Of a DNA stretch of 41,039 nucleotides, positions 1 through 9,800 are shown in pieces (the stretch's first letter is position 1; every line of letters begins with the position of its first letter). A model generated the notes under the pieces. That model did not search any database. It was not told where the DNA came from and saw only the letters and a program-made list of their open reading frames with translations. The position numbers and the translations under genes were made by a program. Origin of the DNA: Macrostomum lignano (lineage: Eukaryota); the NCBI GenBank assembly GCA_002269645.1, contig NIVC01004595.1, positions 1-41,039 on the forward strand, in the 5' to 3' direction.

Positions 1-558
1 GCGAAAGGAGAAGATGAGTGGGAGGAGGAGAGGAGATGAAAGGAGCAAGGAAAGGAGAAAGAGAGAATGGAGAGATAGAAAAGAGAGAAGAGAAGAGACA
101 GGGGATAGTGAAAAGGAGGAGAAGATGGGAGACAAGAAAGTAGTGTCAGAGCGTATATGAAATATGAGAAATGAGAGCAGAGAGAAGAGAAAAGAGAGAA
201 GAGAGAGAGGGGTTAAGAGAGACGATAGATAAGTGATAGAGATGACATATGAGAGAGGAGAGAAGAGGGAAGATAAGAGTGAAGAGAGGAGACAGAAGAC
301 AGGAGAAGTACAGACGAAGACGAGGAGAAGAGATAAATAAGGGAGCAGAGGTAGAGATGAGATGAGAGAGAGGAGAGAGGAGATATGAGAGACTTGAGAG
401 TCTTTGAGCTATGGTCTTTGAAAGATTTTGTAAAGAATTTGGAGACGATTGGAAGATAGGGTTAAAGACATGGAATTTCAGTTGATGGATATTCATGGAA
501 TAGAATTCCGGTGATGGGAGTTCTTCCCCTTTCTCCTCCGAAGGAGGAGTTCCACTCT
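1..558 (+). mobile_element. Non-autonomous Helitron unit, 3' part (cut by window start)
   Basis: GA tract, pre-terminal GAGTCTTTGAGCTATGGTCTTTG motif, hairpin 533-549, end CTCT. Confidence 0.75.
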
Positions 559-1779
559 TAATACTAAGTTGGTGCGTTGTTTGTTTGTCTGTGTGTGTGT
601 GTGTTTGTTGGATAACTCCTCCTAGAATACTTGCAAGTCAGCGTTGAAACTTATATGGGAAAACTGCAAATTTTCCGGAGGATGGCTTTAGGCTATTTTA
701 ATCTTTCATTTTCAATTTTAAGATCCCTAAAAAAGCAGAAAATGGCGGTCTTGACCTTTGATAATCTTAATTGTCCCTCTTTCTGCTTGGAGCTGAAAAT
801 TTGCATAAATTTTAGTATTGCGCCATAAAATTTTTCTATCTTGGCAGTGTATTTTCTCTCAAGTGGGGGGATGGTCGCGTTCTCAGTGGCTGCGTGTGTA
901 CACTTGAACCCTGGCTCACTACTGACTTTATAGACAATTGCGCAACTATTTGTGTTCTGTTTTTTAACAGGAAGCCCTGTGTATTTTTTGCACAGTGAAA
1001 TTCAGTGCATTTTAATGCATAAACTTGCGAGCATCTTTAGCAGGCAGTGAACGTACACTCGATATTTCAATGCTTAAAATCAGAAAGTTTCAAACACTAA
1101 CTGTTGCTCGAGTTTTGAACTTGAGAGGAGAGACTTATATTGCTGGAAAGATCTTGCTGCATGAGTTCGGGGATATAAGTTTTTTGCTTTAAATATGAAA
1201 ATTAAATTCACAGCATTCAAGAAAAGATTTTCATACTTTTAGCTTTCTGCAAAGATTTTGCTCATTTTGGAGTTCAATGGGGGTTCGACCGACCCCCCAA
1301 TAGTTGGTGGGGGGGTTCAATTTCTAGCTGCACTGCGTATTGGAAGGGGGGTCGGTTGCTGTGTATTTGAGGGTTGATTTAGATTGCGCAATCTTTTTGT
1401 TAACTTTAACTGAGGCTGATACTGACTGCCTGAGAAATAAGTTGCGCAATTTAATTGGTTCAATGTTTTTACGGCGCCTTTCAACACGCAGCTGTCAACC
1501 CTAACCCTAACCCTAACCAATGAATTCTGAGAGCTGGGCTATTTGACGTAGAAATTTCGATTTAGTCCAGTTTCACGGAGAGGATTTCTATTTCGCGGAG
1601 AATATTTCGATGGTGTTCAGTTTCACGGAGAGGATTTCGATAGTGTTCAGTTTCACGGAGACGATTTCTGTTGCGCGGAGAGGTGTTGGAAAATGGGATT
1701 CCGCTGATGGAGTTCAGGGAATGGAATTCCGCTGATTGGAGTTCTTCCCCTTTCTTCTCCGAAGGAGGAGTTGGCCTCG
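559..1779 (+). mobile_element. Non-autonomous Helitron unit (1221 bp, no GA tract)
   Basis: Family 5' end, CCCTAA tract, minisatellite, hairpin 1754-1770, CTCG. Confidence 0.8.
1499..1516 (-). repeat. Interstitial (TTAGGG)3 tract
   Basis: (CCCTAA)3 on +. Confidence 0.9.
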
Positions 1780-2987
1780 TTAATACTAAAACTGGTGCGT
1801 TGTTTGTCTGTGTGTGTGTGTTTGTTGGATAACTCCTCCTAGAATACTTGCAAGTCAGCGTTGAAACTTATGTGGGAAAACTGCAAATTTTCCGAGGATG
1901 GCTTTAGGCTGTTTTAATCTTTTATTTTTACATTTTAAGATCCCTAAAAAAGCAGAAAACGGCAATTCTGACCTTTGATAATCTTAATTGTACCCTCTTT
2001 CTGCTCGGAGCTGAAAATTTGCATGAATTTTGAGTGATTACGCCACAACTTTTTCCTATGTCGCCAGTGCATTTACTCTCCAGTGGGGGATGGGGCGTTC
2101 TAAGTGGCTGCATGCGTACAATTGGACCCTGGCTCACCGGCAATTGCTACGGATCGATATTAGTCAACTGCAATTTGGCTTAATTGATGAATTTCGTGGG
2201 TGGTGGGTGTGAAGCGCAACGATATGGCTACTGGGTCGAGATTCAATTGGTTTTATTATCAGCGCCTTTCATTAGGAAACCCTGTGTTGAACTGTGAAAT
2301 TCAATGAATAAACTTGCGAGCCTCTCAGTGGAAAAGGCAGTGAATGTACGCACAAAAATTCAATGCTTTAAACTGGGAAGTTTTAAACGCAAAGTGTTCC
2401 TCAACTTTTAAAATTTGAGAGGAGAGACTTATATTGCTGGAAAGATCTTGCAACGCTGGTTTCAAAGATGTAAGTTGTTTGCTTTAAAAATGAAAACTTA
2501 AAGCACAGCATTCAGAAAACGATAACCATGCTTTTAACTTTCTGCAAAGATTGTACTCATTTTTGCGATACGTAATAGATAAAGTTGAGGAGTTCAATTT
2601 CTTACTGCCGCTCTGCATTGGAGGGGGGTCGGTCGCTGTGTATTGGAGGGTTTATTAAGATTGCGTAACCTTATTTTTAACTTTCAGATAAAATTGGGGG
2701 ATTGCGTTCGCACATTTAAGCCAGCTATCATTTGGAGTAATTTCAGTATTTGAGGAGTCGGGGGGGGGGTGGAGGCTCAAGTTATTTTTTTGACTAAAAT
2801 CACGTACACTGGGCCTTTACTTACACTGAACTCTTACTTAATAGCGCGAAATTCCAATTCAGTTACATTTCCTTCGATATCAGAATAGAATTTGTCTAAT
2901 ATTCCGATTGAGCTATTTCCTTATTTTTTTGTCATTTGCTTTTTGCTTTTTTGCCCATTTGCTATTCCCTATTTGCTTACTATAATA

Positions 2988-3529
2988 ATGCCAAAACGTG
3001 GTCGAGGAAGCCTTTCCCGCTCTACACGCGCTGCATCGGATGCCAAGAAGCGCAGGGCGTCGGAGACACCCGATGAGCGTGCAGCGCGCGTTGAGCGGGA
3101 GCGGCAGCATAGGGCCGAGAGAGCCGAGGGCGAAGTGGAGCGCCAGAATCGCCTCGAGTCCAATCGAATGCGCACAGCCGGAAGCCGTGAGGCCGAAGGC
3201 GAAGTGCAGCGCCAGCATCGCCTTGAGTGCAATCGACTGCGCACAGCCGGAAGCCGTGAGGCCGAAGGCGAAGTGCAGCGCCAGCATCGCCTTGAGTGCA
3301 ATCGACTCCGCTTAGCTGAAAGCCGGGATGCTGAAGGCGAGGTGGAACGCCAGAATCGGCTCGACCACGACCGGCTGCGTGCTGTCGAAAGCCGTGAAGC
3401 CGAGGAGGAGGCAGTCCATCTGCATCGCCTGGAGGCGCAGCGGCAGCGCCAGGTCCAGTATCGCGCGGCTGAGTCCGCTGAGGACCACGACCGCCGTGTA
3501 CACGCACAGGCAGAGTGGCGCCGAGACAG
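2988..3529 (+). CDS. RepHel: RepHel exon 1 (NLS-like MPKRGRG..KKRR plus 23-aa repeats)
   Basis: ATG at 2988 where GC content rises; donor AG|GTAGGG at 3530; phase 2 matches exon 2. Confidence 0.8.
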
Positions 3530-6500
3530 GTAGGGTTCCTATATAAAATTTTATTCTGCTATTCTTATGTGTGGTAGCTCATAATCTGAGACTATTAAAT
3601 TTTCTGCATGTGGATCTGGATTTTCAAGAATTCCTGATTAAAATACTCTATTTCATTACCACAGGCTGCTGGAGCTGGCACACCAGCCACATGTTCTCGG
3701 TCGCATGGACCGCCAATGCCCTCACTGCAGCGCGCTACGCTGGACGGACGAGCCAGCTAGCATTTGCTGCCATGCTGGAAAGGTGAGTTGATATTTATTG
3801 TTTTAGTTTACTTGAATTGCTGCCTCATTTATGCCTCCTGTACTGTATCAAGCCTCTGACCACCTATGGAGTCATCGACAATTGCATGATTTGCTGCAGC
3901 CCGTCTCCGCATAAAAGCTACTTCAGTTTTTTTTCTAACACTGACAGACCGTCCTGGAGCAGCGCCGAGACCCGCCTGATGTTCTGAAGCGGCTGCTGAC
4001 TGGCGAGCATCCGTTCAGCTCGCAGTTCCTGAAGGACATCAGGAAGTATAACGGCGCGCTCCATATGACCTCGCTTGGTTCCAGGCAGCGTGAACAGCCC
4101 GGGTGGAACCCCAGCTTCATCCTCCATGGTCAGATGCACCATCGGATCGGCAGCCTGTTGCCGGACCCAGGGGATGCGGCCAGGTTCTGCCAGGTCTTCT
4201 TTGTGGACCAAGAGCTGCAGAACAGACTGCAATGGACAGCAGGTCTCAACGACACTTTGCTGCAGGAGCTGCAAGCTGTTCTGCATGATTGCAACAGCTA
4301 CGTGCGCAGCCTGAAGTCCGCAGTCGACTTGCTGCGCAGCGACCCGCAGCTGCAGAGCGCCAGGGTCGTCATCAACCCCGATGCCCGCCCATCTGGGGAG
4401 CATGTCCGACGCTTCAACTTGCCCGAGTGCAGTGAGGTCGGCATCCTGACGGACCTTGGCGATGCTGATGGCGTAGTTCAGGCGCAATGGCGGAGCGTGG
4501 TTTTGCGTCTGAGAGGTGGTGGTAAGTACTTTAAGCGTCTTAAAAGACTTAAAATTTGGGTTGCATTGTAAAGTTAGATAATAAAATAAACGTTTTGGGT
4601 TATTCAGGTGTACATTTTGGTTGCTTTTGAACTGTAGTTTAGAATTAAATTACCCAACTGCATCCACAGGCCTCCAGGAGATCTCTGAGACCCATCGCTC
4701 CTACGATCCGTTGGAGTACGTGCTGCTGCTTCCGTACGGCGAGGACGGCTGGCACATTGGGCTCAAGAAGGATCGAGGCATCACCATGATGAAATACTAC
4801 GCCTACTTGATCCAGGTGCGACCAGGCCAGTTCAACAGCCTGCTGTACGGTCGCCGGCTCTTCCAGCAGTTCCTGGTGGACCAGGCTGCCAAGATCGAGT
4901 CCGAGCGACTTACGTACATCCGGCAGCACCAAACGGATCTGGTGTCCGAAAGTCTTCGGGGTCTCCGCGATGCGCTGCACGAGGACGACGGCAGGCCGGA
5001 AGAAGTCGGGAAGCGTGTCATTCTTACTTCCAGCTACGTGGGAGGTCCACGGTACCGTCTGGAGCGTCAGCAGGATGCCATGGCGTATGTTCACGCCTTT
5101 GGCCGCCCAGACCTGTTTCTGACGATGACATGCAACCCGAAGTGGCCGGAAATTCTGGCCGAGCTGCTTCCAGGGCAGACTGCCGTCGATCGGCCGGACA
5201 TCACCGCCCGGGTGTTCGAGCTGAAGAAGAAGGCCTTCTTAAACAGGCTTAAGAGTCTGTTTGGAGATACTCTGGCTCGAGTCTGCTCGCTGGAGTACCA
5301 GAAGCGAGGCAAGTGTACTTTTAAGCTTTAAACTGTAGCATTAACTGTTGGCTCCATAACTTCGTAAATTTCAATAAAATTATTGATGATCAATTATCAA
5401 TAAATTTTATCCACAACCAGGTCTTCCCCACGTGCACGCGCTGCTGTGGCTGGCGAACAAGCTGAAGCCGGATCAGTACGACGCCGTCATCAGCGCGGAG
5501 ATCCCGGACCCTGTCGCCGACGCCGACCTGCATCAGCTGGTGGCGGAGAACATGCTGCACGGTCCCTGTGGGCAGCAGCTCAACTCTGCCGCGGCGTGCA
5601 TGGAGAAAGGCAAGTGCAGCAAGCGCTACCCGAGGGAGTTCCTGGCCGCCACGAAGGTGGAGGAGGATGGCTACCCGCATTACTGCCGCAGATCCGTCGA
5701 GATGGGCGGCTTCACGGTGACGAAGCTCGCAAAGCTGCGCGGCGGTCAGAGGGTGATGTTCACCTTTGACAACCGCTGGGTGGTGCCGTACTGCCCAGCG
5801 CTGCTGCGCGAGTTTCGCTGTCACCTGAATGTCGAGATCTGCGCGACAGTTCGGGCCATCAAGTACGTGGTGAAGTACATCACCAAGGGTAGCGACATGG
5901 CAGCATACCAGATCCGTAAGGAGTCGGCGGCTGCTGCGAATGCCAGCGCTGATTCGGCCACTGAAGGACCACTGGCGATCGCCGGTCCGTCCACGTCGAC
6001 TGGGACTGCTGCTGCTGCTGCTGCGACTTCCGCAAAGCGACACAAGATCGATGAGATCGACGAATACCTACTGGGCAGGTTCATCGGTCCAATGGAGGCG
6101 GTCAACACCATCCTGGGCTTTGAGGTTCACAGCCGATACCCCCTGTGATCAGGCTCGCGGTTCATCTTAAGGACGAGCAGCGGGTCTTCTTCACAGACGA
6201 GACGGCTCAGGCTGTTGCTGCTACGCCCAAGGCCACGACTTTGACCGCCTTCTTCGATGTGAGTTTTGCAGAAAAAGTGCAATTTTTCAACTTTTTCCTC
6301 CTTCCTGTTAATTCCTGTTCTTATTCTTACCCGCCCAGCTTTGTCGCCATGACGATATCGCCCGAGGGCTGCTGTACCAGGAGGTGCCCCGGCACTTCAC
6401 CTGGGACAGAAGTGCGCACCAGTGGCATCGCGCAGGTCGCGGCCGAGTCGCTGCTGATCAGCCAGCCGATGTTCTGACGACCAGCAACATCGGCCGCATC

Positions 6501-8669
6501 TACACAGTCAGTCCACGGATGGGCGACTGTTTTTACCTGCGCCTGCTGCTGGTGAATGTGCGCGGCCCGACTTCGTTCGAGGCTCTGCGCACTGTCGATG
6601 GAGTCCTGCTGCCGACCTTCAAGGCCGCCTGCCAGGCTCGCGGACTGCTGGAAGACGACAGGCACTGGCAGCTGTGTCTGTCCGAAGCTGCCCAGACGCG
6701 GATGCCTGCTGCTCTGCGCCGACTTTTTGCCGCAATTTTGGCGCACGGCGATCCAAGCGACCCCGTGAAGCTCTGGGAGGAGTTTTCCCGCGAGATGGCT
6801 GGCGACCTGCTGCACCAGGGCTTGAGCGCCGAGGCTGCTATGGCCGAAGTGCTGCGGTCGCTGCAGAAGCGGCTGGAGCGGATGGGCGGATCCGAGCTGT
6901 CTGCCTACGGCCTTCCTCAACCACTGGCAGAGCGGATCAGTAAATAAAATCACTTCTATGCACTGACTGTTATATTTTTACCTTTATTTGCTACTGATGA
7001 CAGCTTTTCAATATCCAGACTCGGCTTCTTTCTGACTGCCTGCCGACGCCCATGAAGCTGCTGAGCTGCAGTCCGAAGTGGATGCGCTGGTCGCTACCCT
7101 GACTGACGAGCAGCGAGCTGTCTTCGAGGCCGTGCAGTCCAATCTGACGGCCGGTGGCGGCGGGCTGCATTTCATTGACGCTCCTGGAGGCACAGGCAAG
7201 ACGTTCCTGCTCACGCTTCTGCTGAAGTCGGTTCGAGCAAGACGTCAAATCGCTGTTGCCGTCGCGTCATCGGGCATCGCGGCGACTATTCTACCCGGAG
7301 GTCGGACCGCCCATCGATGTGAGTTTTGTGTCCGCATAAATATTTTATAAACTGTTATTTTTAAGCACAGAAAGTCATCCTTATTTATCCTCAAATTGAA
7401 TCCTCGCGATACCTGCCTACAGGTTCAAGATCCCCGTCTGCGCTGTACGGCAGGACAGCGCCTTCTGCTCCATCGGCAGGCGGAGCAAATTGGCGGAGAT
7501 TCTGCGGAACGCCCGCCTCATCGTGTGGGACGAGGCTCCGATGACGCACCGCAAAGACCTCGAGATCGTCGAGCGGACTCTGCGGGATTTGCTGCACGGT
7601 GGGCAGCCGTTCGGGGAGCGCTGCTGGTGCTGGCTGGCGACTTTCGGCAGTTGCTTGCTGTTGTGCCCGGAGGGACGCAGGCCAACACGATCGAAGCCTG
7701 CCTGAATCGGTCGGTGCTGTGGCCGCACTTCCGGCAGCACCAGCTCACAAGGAATCTGCGGCTGGAGGGCGGCTCGGCTCTCCAAAGCTACGCGGATTTT
7801 CTTATGCAGGTGAGAATCTCTGGAGTTTCTATGCTCTCATTAAGCATGCGAATTGAAGGAAAAAATTGTAAAATTTCATTCCACTTTTTCACCGTCAGGT
7901 TGGCAACGGGGAGCTGCCAGAGGACGTTGAGGGCATGGTCTCCTTGCCTAGCGAGATCCTTCTGCCCGAGGACACAACCACTGAGCAGCTCATCCGGCAC
8001 GTTTACCCGTCCTTTGAGCCGAGTGCGCAGCGTGACCAGATGTTCGCGGAGCGGAGCATCCTGGCGCCACTCAACAGGACGGTGGACGAGGCCAACGCCG
8101 CCTGCTTAGCGCTCTTCCCCGGTGAGAGCCGACTCTACTTATCTGTCGACTCGATTCCGAATGACGACACGGCAGCGACCAATTTTCCGCCGGAGCTGCT
8201 GAACCGGCTGGACCCCAGCGGTATGTCGCATCACCGACTGGAGCTGAAGGTCGGCATGCCGGTCGTCATGATGCGGAATCTCGACCCACCGCTGCTGTGC
8301 AACGGGACTCGGCTGCTGCTGCGTGAACTGCGTGACAACGTCCTGCTAGCGGAGGTAACCACTGGCGTCTACCGTTCGCGGCAGGTGTTCATCCCGCGGA
8401 TCCCGCAGGAGCCGAGTCCGACAGAGGTTCCGTTCGTTTTCCGCCGTCTGCAGTTCCCGATCCGGCCGTGCTTCGCCATGACCATCCACAAGAGCCAGGG
8501 CCAGTCGCTGGGCACCTACGCCGTCGACCTGACGACGGCTTGCTTTCAGCATGGCCAGCTCTACGTGGCTCTGAGTCGTGCGCGGAGTGCCGATGGCGTC
8601 AAAGTTCGGGCTCCAGGCGGACGGACGCGGAACATCGTGCTGCGCCAGCTTATCGGCAAGCAGAACTAA
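2988..8669 (+). CDS. RepHel: Helitron Rep/helicase (RepHel), 9 exons, ~1,590 aa after restoring three 1-nt deletions; one unresolved junction
   Basis: Zn-knuckle CPHC..CC; Helitron_like_N-type region; Rep motifs PDLFLTMTCNPKW, EYQKRG|LPHVHALLW and KYVVKYITKG; Walker A DAPGGTGKT; Walker B LIVWDEAP; PIF1 C-terminal FAMTIHKSQGQ and HGQLYVALSR. Exons join in phase at GT(GC)-AG sites except where noted. Frameshifts at ~6139-6144, ~7314 and ~7613-7616. Confidence 0.95.
3123..3529 (+). repeat. 69-bp coding tandem repeat (~6 copies, 23 aa each)
   Basis: Units start at 3123, 3192, 3261, 3330, 3399 and 3468, e.g. AEGEVQRQHRLECNRLRTAGSRE. Confidence 0.9.
3665..3782 (+). CDS. RepHel: RepHel exon 2 (Zn-knuckle)
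   Basis: CAG|G acceptor; reads LLELAHQPHVLGRMDRQCPHCSALRWTDEPASICCHAGK; donor GTGAGT at 3783. Confidence 0.9.
3948..4521 (+). CDS. RepHel: RepHel exon 3
   Basis: Acceptor CTGACAG; TVLEQRRDPPDVLKRLLTG..FLKDIRKYN..HGQMHHRIGSLLP; donor GTAAGT at 4522. Confidence 0.9.
4670..5308 (+). CDS. RepHel: RepHel exon 4 (Helitron_like_N region, Rep motif 1, start of motif 2)
   Basis: HRSYDPLEY..GEDGW, RLFQQFLVD, PDLFLTMTCNPKWPEI, LEYQKR; likely GC donor AG|GCAAGT at 5309. Confidence 0.9.
5421..6258 (+). CDS. RepHel: RepHel exon 5 (HUH motif, catalytic tyrosines); 1-nt deletion at 6139-6144
   Basis: GLPHVHALLWL, MLHGPCG, CSKRYPR, DNRWVVPY, HLNVE, KYVVKYITKG, DEI..GRFIG; the frame switches to VIRLAVHL..TTLTAFFD; donor GTGAGT at 6259. 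Confidence 0.9.
6339..6939 (+). CDS. RepHel: RepHel exon 6 (linker)
   Basis: CAG acceptor; LCRHDDIARGLLYQEVPRHFTW, IGRIYTVSPRMGDCFYLRLLL, GPTSFEALRTVDG, GLLEDD; probable donor GTAAAT at 6940. Confidence 0.85.
7019..7318 (+). CDS. RepHel: RepHel exon 7 (PIF1 Walker A); start uncertain
   Basis: LTDEQRAVF..FIDAPGGTGKTFLL..AVASSGIAATILPGGRTAH; donor GTGAGT at 7319. The best acceptor (CAG 7016-7018) runs into TGA at 7033-7035. Confidence 0.7.
7423..7809 (+). CDS. RepHel: RepHel exon 8 (PIF1 Walker B); 1-nt deletion at 7613-7616
   Basis: FKIP, LIVWDEAPMTHR, QPFG then a frame switch to ALLVLAGDFRQLLAVV..LTRNLRL; donor GTGAGA at 7810. Confidence 0.85.
7899..8669 (+). CDS. RepHel: RepHel exon 9 (PIF1 C-terminal domain), stop TAA
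   Basis: VGNGE, RSILAPLN, LELKVGMPVVMMRNLDPPLLCNGTRL, VFIPRI, RRLQFPIRPCFAMTIHKSQGQS, HGQLYVALSR. Confidence 0.95.
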   Translation, partial: VGNGELPEDVEGMVSLPSEILLPEDTTTEQLIRHVYPSFEPSAQRDQMFAERSILAPLNRTVDEANAACLALFPGESRLYLSVDSIPNDDTAATNFPPELLNRLDPSGMSHHRLELKVGMPVVMMRNLDPPLLCNGTRLLLRELRDNVLLAEVTTGVYRSRQVFIPRIPQEPSPTEVPFVFRRLQFPIRPCFAMTIHKSQGQSLGTYAVDLTTACFQHGQLYVALSRARSADGVKVRAPGGRTRNIVLRQLIGKQN

Positions 8670-8728
8670 CTATTATCTGAACTGAACTGAACTGAATCAT
8701 AGGCAGGATGAAAGAAATATATAGGTTT

Positions 8729-9410
8729 GAGTGACAGATTATAAGAGTGAGTGGCAAATTATGATAGCGAGTGACAAATAATGAGAGTGAGTGCCAAATA
8801 ATGAGAGTGAGTGACAAATTATGATAGCGAGTGACAAATTATGAGAGTGAGTGACAAAGTATGAAAGGGAGTTACAAATTTGAGAGCGATAATGCATATA
8901 AGAGTTCCAAATTATGAGAGTAAGTGAGTGAAAAATGATGAGAGGTAGTGACAAATTGTGGCAAAGTGTGGCAAATTATGAGAGTAACGAATTCGAGAGC
9001 GATAATACTTATGAGAGTGCCAAATTATGAGAGTGATTGAGTGAAAAAGGATGAGGGAGTTACAAATTTTATGAGTGAGTGAGTGAAAAATGACGAGGGA
9101 GTGACAAATTATCAGAGTGAAAAATTATAAGATTGATAAATTATGAGTGACAAACTATGAGAGTGACAAATTATGAGTGAAAAGTTGAGAGTTGAAAATT
9201 ATGTGAGTGATAAATTGTGAGAGTGCCTAATTAAGAGTTTTGCAAATAATGAGAGTAACAAATTTGAGAGCGATAATACTTATGAGAGTGCCGAATTGAG
9301 AGTGTGACAAGTTATAAGAGTGAAAAATATGAGAGTGACAAATTATGAAAGTCAAAAATCAAAATCATGAGAGTGATGAATTATAAGAGTGACGAATTAT
9401 GAGTGATAAT
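8729..9410. repeat. Degenerate 16/20-bp minisatellite (GAGAGTGACAAATTAT-like) downstream of RepHel
   Basis: Many imperfect copies of GAGAGT(GAGT)GACAAATTAT. Confidence 0.85.
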
Positions 9411-9429
9411 TTTGTAACATGAATAATAA

Positions 9430-9800
9430 ACTACTGGCAAAACTGTTCCACTTACAGAGCTGCTGAATGAATTACAGATATAATATTTTAGTATAAGGGG
9501 ATGCTTCTAAGAAAGCTCGGGCTCCTACCAATTTAGATCCAATTGCTGTATTTATTTTTCAGAATATTTTCGACGTACAAAGTATCCATACGTAATTATT
9601 TATATTAAACATTCTATTTCGTTCTGCATAATTTTCACTCAATTTTAAATCCTATTTTTTAAGTTAAAGATGATCGCGCTCAAATGCTATAAAGTAGGTT
9701 CCCAGTGTAGCTCTTAGATCGCCTCCTAAATACTTATTTAGATTTTCAATCAAGTCTAAAAAACAACTCTAGAAAACAACCTTGATAATTATTTGCCCTT
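9430..9800 (+). pseudogene. Possible highly degraded LINE ORF2 C-terminal relic inside the Helitron 3' region
   Basis: By-eye fragments KLFHLQ, LRKLGLLPI and DFQSSLK resemble the end of L2/CR1-like RT proteins; many stops and frame changes. Confidence 0.25.

Noticed and set aside
2892-2987. Hydrophobic 32-aa N-terminal extension of ORF 2892..3533 resembling a signal or TM segment
   Set aside because: It starts at TTG in T-rich leader DNA. The ATG at 2988 coincides with the GC shift and an NLS-like start.
2913-8680. Many overlapping alternative-frame and antisense ORFs within the RepHel gene
   Set aside because: Expected shadows of GC-rich coding sequence; only the spliced RepHel frame carries recognisable motifs.
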